In this document: one piece after another, positions 15,160 to 24,250 of the stretch | Position numbering within the stretch: the stretch's first letter is position 1 | Layout: each line of letters begins with the position of its first letter | Source of the DNA: Patescibacteria group bacterium | GTDB lineage: Bacteria > Patescibacteriota > JACMRA01 | Reading direction: 5' to 3' | Assembly: GCA_038256935.1 (NCBI GenBank) | Contig: JBBSJV010000001.1 | Coordinates: 1-41,731, forward strand | DNA: 41,731 bases | Translations under genes and position numbers: made by a program | Notes under the pieces: generated by a model | The model's database searches: none | Told to the model about the DNA's origin: nothing | What the model saw: the letters and a program-made list of their open reading frames with translations, nothing else

Positions 15160-15771
15160 ATGTACAAATTAATGCAATTACCATACTCAACAGACGCTTT
15201 AGAGCCATATATTGACCAACTTACAGTTGAAACTCATTACGGCAAACACCACGGAGGGTATGTAGCTAAACTAAATGGAATTTTAGAAGGAAACGAGGAG
15301 TTATTAAACATGGACATCGCAGAGCTCTTAGTAAATCTCTCCAAAGTAGAAGAAAGCAAGCGCCAAGCTGTGTTTAATAACGGTGGTCAAATTTATAACC
15401 ATAATGTGTATTGGGAGTCAATGTCGCCAAATGGTGGGGGAGAGCCTACTGGAAAATTATTAGAAGCAATCAATAAAACTTTTGGTTCATTTGAAAACCT
15501 CAAAAAAGAATTAAGCGAGGCAGGAGCTACTCAGTTTGGAAGCGGTTGGGCTTGGTTATCAGTCAATCAAGCAAAGGAATTAGTTGTAACCAAAACTAGC
15601 AACGCTGAATCGCCTTTGATGCACTCCATGAGTCCAATTATGACAATTGATGTCTGGGAACATGCTTATTATCTAAAATACAAAAACCTGCGCCCTGACT
15701 ACATCGAAGCCTTCTTTGGAGTGGCCAATTGGGAAGGTATCGGTGCTAAATACGATGCGGTAGTAAGTTAA
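15160..15771 (+). CDS. Fe/Mn-family superoxide dismutase (Gln position looks Fe-type)
   Basis: LPYSTDALEPYI, HYGKHHGGYV, NNGGQIYNHNVYW, FGSGWAWL and DVWEHAYYLKYKN. Confidence 0.93.
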   Translation: MYKLMQLPYSTDALEPYIDQLTVETHYGKHHGGYVAKLNGILEGNEELLNMDIAELLVNLSKVEESKRQAVFNNGGQIYNHNVYWESMSPNGGGEPTGKLLEAINKTFGSFENLKKELSEAGATQFGSGWAWLSVNQAKELVVTKTSNAESPLMHSMSPIMTIDVWEHAYYLKYKNLRPDYIEAFFGVANWEGIGAKYDAVVS

Positions 15772-15847
15772 TTTTCTGGCTAAATAGTGTTTGGCTTTTT
15801 AGAATAATACCAAAGGCTCTAGACTAAAACTTCTTGTCTAAGTATGT

Positions 15848-15983
15848 TGTCATATCGAGCAAAGCGAGATATCCCATAGTGTAGCAATAAAAGCATTAAC
15901 AATGGCGAATAAACCAAGTCCTTACAAAGCATGACTAGATGCCCTGCCACCGCAGAGGATCTCTCCTTGAAGCCATGATGACA
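15848..15983. repeat. Inverted pair of TGTCAT-stem-loop-ATCCC elements
   Basis: Left end TGTCATATCGAGCAAAGCGAGATATCCC (15848-15875). Right end GAGGATCTCTCCTTGAAGCCATGATGACA (15955-15983), which is degraded. Confidence 0.7.
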
Positions 15984-16036
15984 CTTGTGTTAAGCTGAAA
16001 ACCTTAGGTTTAACTGATTTAATAATTGAAATATTT

Positions 16037-16390
16037 CTACCCCTCAGCAGTATCGCTGTTTACTGGATCTTTAGATGGCACCACTCTTTCCCACCCGTCA
16101 TCAACTGGTTTTTCAATTTTTGGTATCGGTTCAGTTGGTTTTGATTGGTTTGCAACTGGGGCTTGAGATTGAGATTCTTGAGAGCTTGAGCTACTTGTTT
16201 CAGGGCTTTGACTGCTTGATGAGCTGGAAGCAGAGACAGGCTTTGAGCTTTGTACTTGTTTGGAACTGCTAGTGCTACTTGATGCGCTTTCTTGATCTTC
16301 TGAATTGCTACCTGAAAAGGCAATAACAGTAAATAAAGTGATTAAAAAAAGTATAAAAGTAGTGGCGATGATGATGTGCGGTTTTTTCAT
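16037..16390 (-). CDS. Secreted or membrane-anchored serine-rich protein
   Basis: N-terminal hydrophobic segment followed by Ser/Gln/Pro low-complexity sequence. Confidence 0.55.
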   Translation of the reverse strand: MKKPHIIIATTFILFLITLFTVIAFSGSNSEDQESASSSTSSSKQVQSSKPVSASSSSSSQSPETSSSSSQESQSQAPVANQSKPTEPIPKIEKPVDDGWERVVPSKDPVNSDTAEG

Positions 16391-16429
16391 AAGTATTAAA
16401 GTTTAAATTGGTTGTTATAATTGAGTTGC

Positions 16430-16451
16430 AAAAGCCCCAACTTAATGGGGC
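16430..16451 (-). terminator. Probable intrinsic terminator after 16508..17104
   Basis: On the minus strand: GCCCC-ATTAAGTT-GGGGC followed by TTTT. Confidence 0.5.
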
Positions 16452-16507
16452 AATTTGGCTGTTGTATTTTGTGTAAGTAGATTAGTCACTTTAAGCAAGT
16501 TTAGGTG

Positions 16508-17104
16508 CTAGTTTTGGACAAGATTTAGATACCCTCCTGCTACAAAATAAGATGATCCATTGATACTAACATTGTGCATCAGATGGTAACTCTTTCCTAC
16601 TTTGCAGATTGTAAAACCTCCCCCTTCAGCTGGGTAAAGCTGTGGGTCAAATCTAAAACTATTAGCTACCGTTGAGATGCGGTTGCAATTAGAATCTCTG
16701 AGATTAAGACCTCTAGCAGCTAGAACAGTTGGAGTAACACTGGTATTTACTGGACGTTTTGCAAAAGCTTCATTTAAACCAAAGACTGGCTTTGTGTATT
16801 GTAAGGCCGCGTAGTAATTTGACTCTCCATTAGTAGGGCTATTAAATGAGAACTCTTCTACTTTTGTTAAGGTGTAGTTTATCCCATTGATATTACAATT
16901 GATGGTAGGAGCTGAAGGGGTTTTTCTTGCGATGTCACCGGCTTTTAAAGTCGTTATAATTCCACAATTTTGGTTGCGAAGATTAAGTCCTTTGGAAGCT
17001 GTGACAATAGCTAAGTCTGTTGTAGTTTGAGCATTAGCTGAGGTTGGTAAAAATCCAACTGCTAAAACTAGTGTAGTAAGTGTGAGTGCGATGCGTGTAA
17101 ACAT
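16508..17104 (-). CDS. Secreted protein with two SH3b-like Cys-containing modules
   Basis: Signal peptide ending in ANA-Q. Repeated GLNLR(N/D)xNC modules. Paralogous to 17181..17771. Confidence 0.6.
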   Translation of the reverse strand: MFTRIALTLTTLVLAVGFLPTSANAQTTTDLAIVTASKGLNLRNQNCGIITTLKAGDIARKTPSAPTINCNINGINYTLTKVEEFSFNSPTNGESNYYAALQYTKPVFGLNEAFAKRPVNTSVTPTVLAARGLNLRDSNCNRISTVANSFRFDPQLYPAEGGGFTICKVGKSYHLMHNVSINGSSYFVAGGYLNLVQN

Positions 17105-17180
17105 AATATAGAAAATAATTATTAAAGAAACTTGATTGTTTCACCTAGATAGAGTACACGCACAGCCATTTTGTGACATT

Positions 17181-17771
17181 TTATTTGTAAGTAACAAAAG
17201 CAGAAGCAACTTGATAAACTTTTCCGTTTAAAATCACAGGAGTCATGTTATAATACTCACCTCTGACTTTACATAGGTGCATGCTACCCCCAAAACCTGC
17301 CGAGTGATCTTCAAACTTGAAGTTGTTTGGAACTGCAGTTGTTTTTTTACAGTTAGAATCCCTTACATTCAATCCACTTGTTGCTACGACTCTAGGTCCT
17401 TGTAGTCCTGGCTCTCCAGCTGCAGGCCCGTTACCCCTGATTATAGAAGTTGCCTTGAGGTAGATAAAGCCGCCTACTCCTTCTCCAAAAGTCTCATCAG
17501 CTTTAGTTAAAGTGAGATTTTGACCTTTGATGTTGCAGTTGATTTGCTCCCACCCTGAAGCTGTACTCACGACAGTATCCATTGGTAAGGTTTTAATGAC
17601 GTTACAGTTACGGTCTCTGTAGTTAAGTCCTTGTTTTACATTTACCACGACGTAATTATCAGGATAATATGGTTGAGTAGTTTGAGCACTGGCTTGAATA
17701 GTAGGTAAAGATGCTGCTGAAAGTGCAAGTCCTGCTAATGTGATTGTAAGTGTTTTGATAGAAATAGACAT
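17181..17771 (-). CDS. Secreted protein with two SH3b-like Cys-containing modules (tandem paralog)
   Basis: Signal peptide ending in ASA-Q. GLNYRDRNC and GLNVRDSNC modules. INCNIKGQNLTLTK parallels INCNINGINYTLTK in the neighbouring protein. Confidence 0.6.
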   Translation of the reverse strand: MSISIKTLTITLAGLALSAASLPTIQASAQTTQPYYPDNYVVVNVKQGLNYRDRNCNVIKTLPMDTVVSTASGWEQINCNIKGQNLTLTKADETFGEGVGGFIYLKATSIIRGNGPAAGEPGLQGPRVVATSGLNVRDSNCKKTTAVPNNFKFEDHSAGFGGSMHLCKVRGEYYNMTPVILNGKVYQVASAFVTYK

Positions 17772-17943
17772 AAATAATATATAAAAATTAAGAAACTAAA
17801 ATTGTGTTTCACAAGTATAGTCGCGATTTTTACAAAAGTGTGACAAGCCAAAATCAAACTCTCTAATTTTGATTATTTTACAAGATTAAAATAAAGCTAT
17901 TCTCCAAGATTAAGGGGTGATCTATATCTACGACTAACCACAA

Positions 17944-18483
17944 TTAATTAATTACTATTTTGATAATATTTTCCATATTTTCTATTTCTCGGTCGCTAAG
18001 ATCTAGTTGCTGTTGCCCTATTACAGGCATTTCTTTGATGATTTGAGTACAGATTTCACCTACATAGTAGATCTCGATTTGTAATTGTATCAGATCACTA
18101 GTTTTAAATACCTCAAAGTCTCCTAATCTTCCACATCCGTTGTTGACCGTGACACTGCCATTGTAATAAAGTATAGAAGAGGTGGAGTCGTAAGCAAATT
18201 GAAAACCATCCTTGGTCACTGTTTTGGAAGCATTTTCGCTGGCCTGTTGGAACTGTTGGAAAGTTATTATTTTTTGATTTTTAGAAGGTGGGAGAGGGTC
18301 TGAGTTGTTAACAGAAGATGACCTTTGCTGGCTGTTAGTTGATTGGCTGGGGGAATTTTGAGGTAATTTTATTAATAACCAAGTCACTATTAAAGCTGCA
18401 ATGCTAAATATTACTCCAAGAGATATTAAGACTGTAAGTAATAATTTCTGATTTGGTTTTGGGGTTGAGGGTTTATCAGTCAT
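17944..18483 (-). CDS. Membrane-anchored hypothetical protein
   Basis: N-terminal TM segment, a Ser/Gln-rich linker, then a roughly 100-aa domain. Confidence 0.5.
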   Translation of the reverse strand: MTDKPSTPKPNQKLLLTVLISLGVIFSIAALIVTWLLIKLPQNSPSQSTNSQQRSSSVNNSDPLPPSKNQKIITFQQFQQASENASKTVTKDGFQFAYDSTSSILYYNGSVTVNNGCGRLGDFEVFKTSDLIQLQIEIYYVGEICTQIIKEMPVIGQQQLDLSDREIENMENIIKIVIN

Positions 18484-18524
18484 AATCTGTTAGTAGTAAA
18501 ACTTTTTAGATTTATTTTACGGAT

Positions 18525-20408
18525 CTAGACAAGTATTTTGCTAAACAAATCAAAGTATTTATCTAATTTGTGTTTACCAACTCCGTTAATTTGTGAGAAT
18601 TCTTCGCTAGTTTTTGGTTTTTTTTCTACAATATCAAGTAAGGTGGCGTTACTAAAGACTACAAAGGCGGGGACCTCATCAGCTGCCGCGATTTCTTGGC
18701 GTTTCTGGCGTAGTATTTCAAAGTATTCTTGATCCTCAATTGATAATTCTGATTTTATTTTTTTGCTAGTTTTAGTTTTTTTGGGTTTCTTGGTAACTTC
18801 TGAGTATGGGGTTAGTTCTACCTCTTCTAAACTTTTAGCAACCGCCATAGAATCAGCATTGAGAGCTAAGGTCTTTATATACCCGTTATAATCAACTCTG
18901 ATCAAACCAAGGCTGATTAACTGATTGGTATAAAACATAATCTCTTCCTTTTCCATGTCGTTTGCGACCCCGAAAACGCTTAGCTCATTATGCTTGTTTG
19001 CAATTATTCTCTCGCTTTCTAGTCCCATCATGACTTCTGTAATGTAGGTGATTCCATACTTTTGCTCGGTTTTATAAATGGTTGAAATGACTTTTTGAGC
19101 TATTTCTGTGCCGTCAATTTTGGCTGTAGGGTTTAGGCATCCATCACAATTTCCACAATTTCCGATTTGTTTTTCATTAAAATACTGCAATAAAATCTTA
19201 CGCCTACAGTGCCCTGTGTTGCAAAAATCAATTAGCCTTTCTAGCTTATCATGTTGGAGTTTTTGAAAGATTTCAAAGATGTTTCTATCTCCAGTTGGCG
19301 TTGCTACATCGATAAATCTACGATAAGTTGCAGCATCACCTGGGGTGTATAAAAGTAGAGCTTCAGAAGGCAAATCATCACGGCCTGCTCTACCTGTTTC
19401 TTGATAATAGTTTTCAATAGACTTTGGCATGTTCCAATGTACTACAAATCTCACATCAGGCTTATCAACTCCCATTCCAAAGGCAATAGTGGCGCAAACT
19501 ACTTGCAATTTGTCCTGCATAAAAGCAGAGTAAGTACGATTTTTTTCGTCTTGAGAAAGTCCAGCGTGAAAAGCAGCAGCTGAGATTCCTGACTTTATAA
19601 GCAAGCTCGCTACCTCTTCGGTGGATTTTCGTGACAAACAATAAACTATTCCAGATTGACCTTCAAAAGACTGGATAAAACCAACTAGTTGCTCCTTAGC
19701 TTGCTCATCATTGCCTTTGGGCCTGACAGTGTAAGTAATATTTGGTCTGTCAAATGAGCTGATAAAAATTTGGGGTTCAACGAGTTTTAATTGAGTAATG
19801 ATATCTCCTCTGGTTAGTTCATCAGCGGTAGCAGTAAGGGCAATAATTGGAGTGGTGGGAAATGTTTCTTTGATAACACCAAGTCTGGAATACTCCGGCC
19901 TGAAATCATGCCCCCATTGAGAGACGCAGTGGGCCTCATCGATTGCAATCAGACTAATGTTTAATTCCTCTTTCATCCAATCCATAAACTGGCCTTGACT
20001 TGCAAGGAGTTTTTCAGGGGAGGTATATAGGATTTTGAGCTCTCCGTTTTCAGCTGCTCTGGTAGTTTTGATCTGGTCCCAACTACTAATTGAACTGTTG
20101 ATAATCCCCGCTGGAATCCCATTTTTTTTCAAACCTTCAACTTGATCGTGCATCAAGGCAATCAGAGGAGAGATGACAATGACCATCCCCTCATTTACAA
20201 GAGCAGGTAACTGATAACAAAGCGATTTACCACCACCAGTTGGCATAATTGCAAGGGTGTCTTTCCCATCCAGTACAGATTCAATAACAGGCACTTGAGC
20301 GGGGCGAAGGGTGTCATAACCAAAATATTCTTTAAGGTTTTGAAGGACTGTTGATTGCATATTCCAAGCTTGGAGAGAAATTTGATTTAAGTAAAGGGGG
20401 TAGCTCAT
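18525..20408 (-). CDS. recQ: ATP-dependent DNA helicase RecQ
   Basis: MPTGGGKSLCYQLPA, DEAHCVSQWGHDFRPEY, the zinc-finger cysteines CRRK..C..CDGC, and a C-terminal HRDC-like region. Confidence 0.93.
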   Translation of the reverse strand: MSYPLYLNQISLQAWNMQSTVLQNLKEYFGYDTLRPAQVPVIESVLDGKDTLAIMPTGGGKSLCYQLPALVNEGMVIVISPLIALMHDQVEGLKKNGIPAGIINSSISSWDQIKTTRAAENGELKILYTSPEKLLASQGQFMDWMKEELNISLIAIDEAHCVSQWGHDFRPEYSRLGVIKETFPTTPIIALTATADELTRGDIITQLKLVEPQIFISSFDRPNITYTVRPKGNDEQAKEQLVGFIQSFEGQSGIVYCLSRKSTEEVASLLIKSGISAAAFHAGLSQDEKNRTYSAFMQDKLQVVCATIAFGMGVDKPDVRFVVHWNMPKSIENYYQETGRAGRDDLPSEALLLYTPGDAATYRRFIDVATPTGDRNIFEIFQKLQHDKLERLIDFCNTGHCRRKILLQYFNEKQIGNCGNCDGCLNPTAKIDGTEIAQKVISTIYKTEQKYGITYITEVMMGLESERIIANKHNELSVFGVANDMEKEEIMFYTNQLISLGLIRVDYNGYIKTLALNADSMAVAKSLEEVELTPYSEVTKKPKKTKTSKKIKSELSIEDQEYFEILRQKRQEIAAADEVPAFVVFSNATLLDIVEKKPKTSEEFSQINGVGKHKLDKYFDLFSKILV

Positions 20409-20446
20409 TCTTTGACATTATAAATCATTAGTTTGATCAGTTAACA

Positions 20447-20980
20447 ATGCAAAAGTGGAAAATTAATAATCAAAAGGTGGTTTACAACACAAAATTCATG
20501 CAGGTTTTTGAAGAAGAAGTTGTGCTTGAAAATGGAGTTATTATTCCAGATTTTAGCCTAGTCAAAAAGCCTGATATTGTAGTAATTGTAGCAACGGTCG
20601 AGGGTTCTAATATTATTATGGTAGAGGAATATAAGCACGGTGCTCAGGAGATTTTACAGGTACTTCCAGCAGGTCATTTAAAGCCAGATGAAGATCCGAT
20701 TGAAGCTGGGAAAAGGGAACTGCTTGAAGAAACAGGCTATACTTCAAAAAATTGGAAATTCATTCAGCATCTATTTGATTATCCATCTAAAGATAGGCAC
20801 AAAGTATCTGTTGTAATGGCAACTGAGTGTGTCCACAAAAAAGATCAACAGCTAGATGAAAACGAAGTTATAAATTACAAAACTATATCTCTAAATGAGC
20901 TTCAAAAATTGATATCGAGTAATCAAATTTCTAGCTCATCAACACTAGCGGCTTTGCTGGTGTCAGGGGTTTTAAAATAA
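20447..20980 (+). CDS. NUDIX hydrolase (ADP-ribose pyrophosphatase-like)
   Basis: Nudix box: GHLKPDEDPIEAGKRELLEETGY. Confidence 0.85.
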   Translation: MQKWKINNQKVVYNTKFMQVFEEEVVLENGVIIPDFSLVKKPDIVVIVATVEGSNIIMVEEYKHGAQEILQVLPAGHLKPDEDPIEAGKRELLEETGYTSKNWKFIQHLFDYPSKDRHKVSVVMATECVHKKDQQLDENEVINYKTISLNELQKLISSNQISSSSTLAALLVSGVLK

Positions 20981-21039
20981 CATAAAATAACTCTATTGCC
21001 CAAAACATTAATTTAAATTAAACTTTTTTAAACATTAAG

Positions 21040-21420
21040 ATGGTTGTAAAAAAAGATAAATTAATATTGCAAATTGATGGGTTAATTAAGGTTCTTCATT
21101 CATTGATATTTATCGGATACTTTGCCCTTAATTTAATTTTTATTGGCATTGCTTGGTTTGATTTGATTACAAAACAAGATTCAATCAATCTGACTGTAAA
21201 TATTATCTTATTTAATATAATTTACATCTCGTTTATTGCTATACTGCAGTCATTTTTTGGGGATTGTCCTCTTGTCATTTTACGCAGGAAAGTTAATTCT
21301 AATTTTAGAAAATCGGTCAAAATGTTGTGGAAAATCAAGCCAACTGTCCTGAATAGACTTGCCTTATTTTCTGTTGCCTTTGCCTGCTTAGCTGTCTCCT
21401 TAAATCTGATAAAAATATAA
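21040..21420 (+). CDS. Small multi-pass membrane protein with an FFGDCPLVILRRK motif (DUF2784-like?)
   Basis: Three hydrophobic helices and a Cys-Pro-Leu motif after the second helix. Confidence 0.5.
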   Translation: MVVKKDKLILQIDGLIKVLHSLIFIGYFALNLIFIGIAWFDLITKQDSINLTVNIILFNIIYISFIAILQSFFGDCPLVILRRKVNSNFRKSVKMLWKIKPTVLNRLALFSVAFACLAVSLNLIKI

Positions 21421-21421
21421 T

Positions 21422-21637
21422 ATGTGGTTTAATTTAATACTTTTACTTATCATCACAAGCATCGTTATGTGGTCTTTGGTTTCCCTTATCATAAGATCGA
21501 CTAGAAAAAAAGGAAGAAGAAATAACTCTACTAGTGATAGTTATTGTGATTACATTTTTTGTTTGGACTTATCAGATTGCTGCTGTCTTGATTGTTGCTG
21601 TGATGGAGGGTGTGATGGGTGCGATTGTAGTTGTTAA
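21422..21637 (+). CDS. Membrane-anchored Cys-rich microprotein (71 aa)
   Basis: N-terminal TM segment, then the basic stretch RKKGRRNN, then a tail with 14 Cys in the last 32 residues. The start lies 1 nt after the upstream stop codon. Confidence 0.5.
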   Translation: MWFNLILLLIITSIVMWSLVSLIIRSTRKKGRRNNSTSDSYCDYIFCLDLSDCCCLDCCCDGGCDGCDCSC

Positions 21638-21801
21638 GCGATGACTTGTCTTTTAAGAATTTTACTAATTTACCCTTTTGTATATATTGATTAAAACGAA
21701 ACAATTACCCTCAATTAGTTTGGTATTTGAGAATATGACCATAACTTACATTAATTAAAGCGTTGACCTGATCGTTTATCAATTATAAACTAACGTTTTG
21801 T

Positions 21802-22473
21802 ATGCCTATTGAAGATATAAACAACAGATCGCAAGACCCGGATAAACTCGACAGGCGAAGGTTTATTGAAATGTTTGTTGGGGCAGTTGTAGCGAGTGTG
21901 GTTGCTTCAGAGCTACCTCAAAATATAGCTCTAGCTCAAGATGAAGATGATGGCTCGCAATATACACTTGAGGAATATATTGATAGCCAAATATATCAAT
22001 CTCTGATAACGATAATCCAGAGAGATAATCAAAGGAATACACTGACCATTACAGACTTACAAATATTAGTAAATGTTTTAGTTAGAAATTACTTAATTTT
22101 GAGAAGAATGTTAGTTGCATTAGATTCAAAAATAGAAAAAGTTATTTCATTTTGTGATCAAGAAACGCGTACACCAGCACAACGCCAAGCACTGCTTGCT
22201 GTATACCACGAGGCTAGGGAGGTGGCTGATTTTATTAATAACAGAGATGGGTCAGATAGTCTCTACACTCAAATTGATCTTCTAGAAACAATGCTCGCTG
22301 ACATCGAGCAACAGGCTAATTCTGATCGAGTCTCAAATAATCAAAGCCTTGCTACTATATCAGAGGTTAATAGAGCAAGAACAGGTATTGCCGAGCTACG
22401 GTCATTATTTTCTGGTCGTCTTAATCTACAAGAGAGAGTACGTGAGTGTGTTGTAAAACTTGAGTTGGTTTAG
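21802..22473 (+). CDS. Hypothetical exported protein with a twin-arginine-like signal
   Basis: DRRRFIEMFVGAVVASVVAS...ALA-QD resembles S/T-R-R-x-F-L-K plus an h-region plus an AxA site. Confidence 0.5.
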   Translation: MPIEDINNRSQDPDKLDRRRFIEMFVGAVVASVVASELPQNIALAQDEDDGSQYTLEEYIDSQIYQSLITIIQRDNQRNTLTITDLQILVNVLVRNYLILRRMLVALDSKIEKVISFCDQETRTPAQRQALLAVYHEAREVADFINNRDGSDSLYTQIDLLETMLADIEQQANSDRVSNNQSLATISEVNRARTGIAELRSLFSGRLNLQERVRECVVKLELV

Positions 22474-22500
22474 ACTTAGCCTTTTGCTGATGAAATTAGT

Positions 22501-23793
22501 CTACCTCACCTCCAAAAGCCCTCTATAATCTGTAGTGTAGGGCCTGCTCATCCACTCTTGTTTCATCCTGAAGCCTTTGTGGAGTCCTGAAGCTAGGGTT
22601 TTGATTTTGTCTCTGCCGTATTTACTATTGATTTTATCAATTGCCTGCATAAGCTGAGTTTGTTTGATATTATCTTGAGCGTCAAAGATATTGGTTTGCA
22701 CTGACCCTTGTGGAACGATATTAGATACTATTACTCCTGCTTTTTTGTATTCTAAACCTTCCTTGAAAATCTGATCCAAAGCCTTGAGGGCAGTCCTCGT
22801 TAGATCTGAGGTATGACTCGTTGCAGTTGGTATAACTAAGGTTTTGCTACCATAATATGAGCCATTTGGATCAGAACGGTTAGTGATGACAAAGGCCGTG
22901 ATAAGCCCTGCTACTGAGTTTTGCTTTCTGAGTTTCTCACCAATTCTTGCGCAATAAGTAGAGACGGATTGCTGGATCCAAGTTTTGTCTTTGATACCGA
23001 CTGGAAAACTGCGGGTGCAGGCTATGTTTTTTTTGGCTACTGGATTTTTTTCAAGTATGTAACAGTTTATCCCGTTTAGTTCTTGAACTAATCTTTGCCC
23101 TACTACTGTCATCTTATCACCCACCCAAGTAGAGCTGCATTTACTTAATTGATAAGCGTTTGTAATCCCATTATTTTCTAGCATTTTAGCGTATTTTCTA
23201 CCAACTCCCCAGACGTCTCCAGCAGGTAATTCTTGTAAAACTACAGCTGGATTGTCATGATGAAACAAGTTAAAAATCCCTTCTTTAAAATATTTAGTAT
23301 TTGTTTGCTTGCTTCTGGTTTTAGATTTAGCTAGGTTGTTGGCAGCTTTTGCTAGGGTTTTGGTTTTCCCGAGGCCAATACTAACAGGAATGCCAGTCCA
23401 TTGATAAACAGTTTTTCGAATTAGCTCGCCATATTCCATCACAGACTCCAAACCGAAGTCTGGAATTACTAAAAAAGCCTCATCAATTGAATAAACCTCC
23501 ATTTCCCCTGTAAAATGACCTAGGGTTTGCATAACCCTATCACTCATATCCCCGTAGAGGGCAAAGTTGGCTGAAAAGACTTTAGTATTTAATCTTGCTA
23601 GCTCTTCTTTGATTTGAAAATAGGGTCCTGCCATTTTTATCCCCGCATCTTTGAGCTCGTTACTACGAGCAATAATACAACCATCGTTATTGGATAACAC
23701 CGCCACTGGTCTATGTTTTAGACTCGGATCAAAAACCCTCTCGCAAGAAGCGTAGAAGTTATTACAGTCGATGAGGGCGTAAATCTGTGGCAT
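22501..23793 (-). CDS. umuC: Y-family translesion DNA polymerase UmuC
   Basis: ALIDCNNFYASCERVFDP, VLSNNDGCIIA, SIDEAF and VWGVGRK. Confidence 0.9.
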   Translation of the reverse strand: MPQIYALIDCNNFYASCERVFDPSLKHRPVAVLSNNDGCIIARSNELKDAGIKMAGPYFQIKEELARLNTKVFSANFALYGDMSDRVMQTLGHFTGEMEVYSIDEAFLVIPDFGLESVMEYGELIRKTVYQWTGIPVSIGLGKTKTLAKAANNLAKSKTRSKQTNTKYFKEGIFNLFHHDNPAVVLQELPAGDVWGVGRKYAKMLENNGITNAYQLSKCSSTWVGDKMTVVGQRLVQELNGINCYILEKNPVAKKNIACTRSFPVGIKDKTWIQQSVSTYCARIGEKLRKQNSVAGLITAFVITNRSDPNGSYYGSKTLVIPTATSHTSDLTRTALKALDQIFKEGLEYKKAGVIVSNIVPQGSVQTNIFDAQDNIKQTQLMQAIDKINSKYGRDKIKTLASGLHKGFRMKQEWMSRPYTTDYRGLLEVR

Positions 23794-23803
23794 TAAATAT
23801 ATA

Positions 23804-24250
23804 TTAACCGCTAACTCGAGTACTGTGAAGATTAAAAGTCACTACTCCCCAGATCTCAAACTCTTCTTCTTTGGTAATGGTAATGACTTCAAAGTCAGGG
23901 TTAGATGGAATCAGATAAATCAGTTGTTTGGCTTCATCTCGTTTATACCTCTTGATAGTCACTTCCCCATTTACACAGGCAATAATTATATCTCCGTTTC
24001 TAGCATTTAAAGACCTGTCAACTACGACAATGTCGTTTGGGAAAATCCCATCTCCTGTCATAGATTCGCCGATGATTCGCACAAAATATGTAGCTGCCTT
24101 GTTTTTAATAAGTAGATCAGAAGGGTTTAATTTACCCTCCACAAGGTCCTCAGCAGGGGAAGGAAATCCAGCCGCTAGATAAGAGGAAATTACTGGGATT
24201 CTGGCTTGGTTTGTAAAATCAGGGGATAAGATTACCACATCAGTTTTCAT
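23804..24250 (-). CDS. umuD: UmuD (LexA-like S24 self-cleaving peptidase)
   Basis: LAA-GFPSPAED (cleavage-site region), GESMTGDGI (Ser nucleophile) and TIKRY (Lys). The gene lies 10 nt upstream of umuC. Confidence 0.88.
   Translation of the reverse strand: MKTDVVILSPDFTNQARIPVISSYLAAGFPSPAEDLVEGKLNPSDLLIKNKAATYFVRIIGESMTGDGIFPNDIVVVDRSLNARNGDIIIACVNGEVTIKRYKRDEAKQLIYLIPSNPDFEVITITKEEEFEIWGVVTFNLHSTRVSG

Noticed and set aside
16060-16323. Two overlapping ORFs (16060..16323 minus strand, 16075..16272 plus strand).
   Set aside because: They are alternative-frame or antisense products of the Ser-rich low-complexity gene 16037..16390, which has a proper N-terminal hydrophobic segment.
18538-19583. 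Plus-strand ORFs 18538..18732 and 19401..19583.
   Set aside because: Both lie antisense within recQ.
23825-24182. Plus-strand ORFs 23825..24010 and 23928..24182.
   Set aside because: Both lie antisense within umuD.
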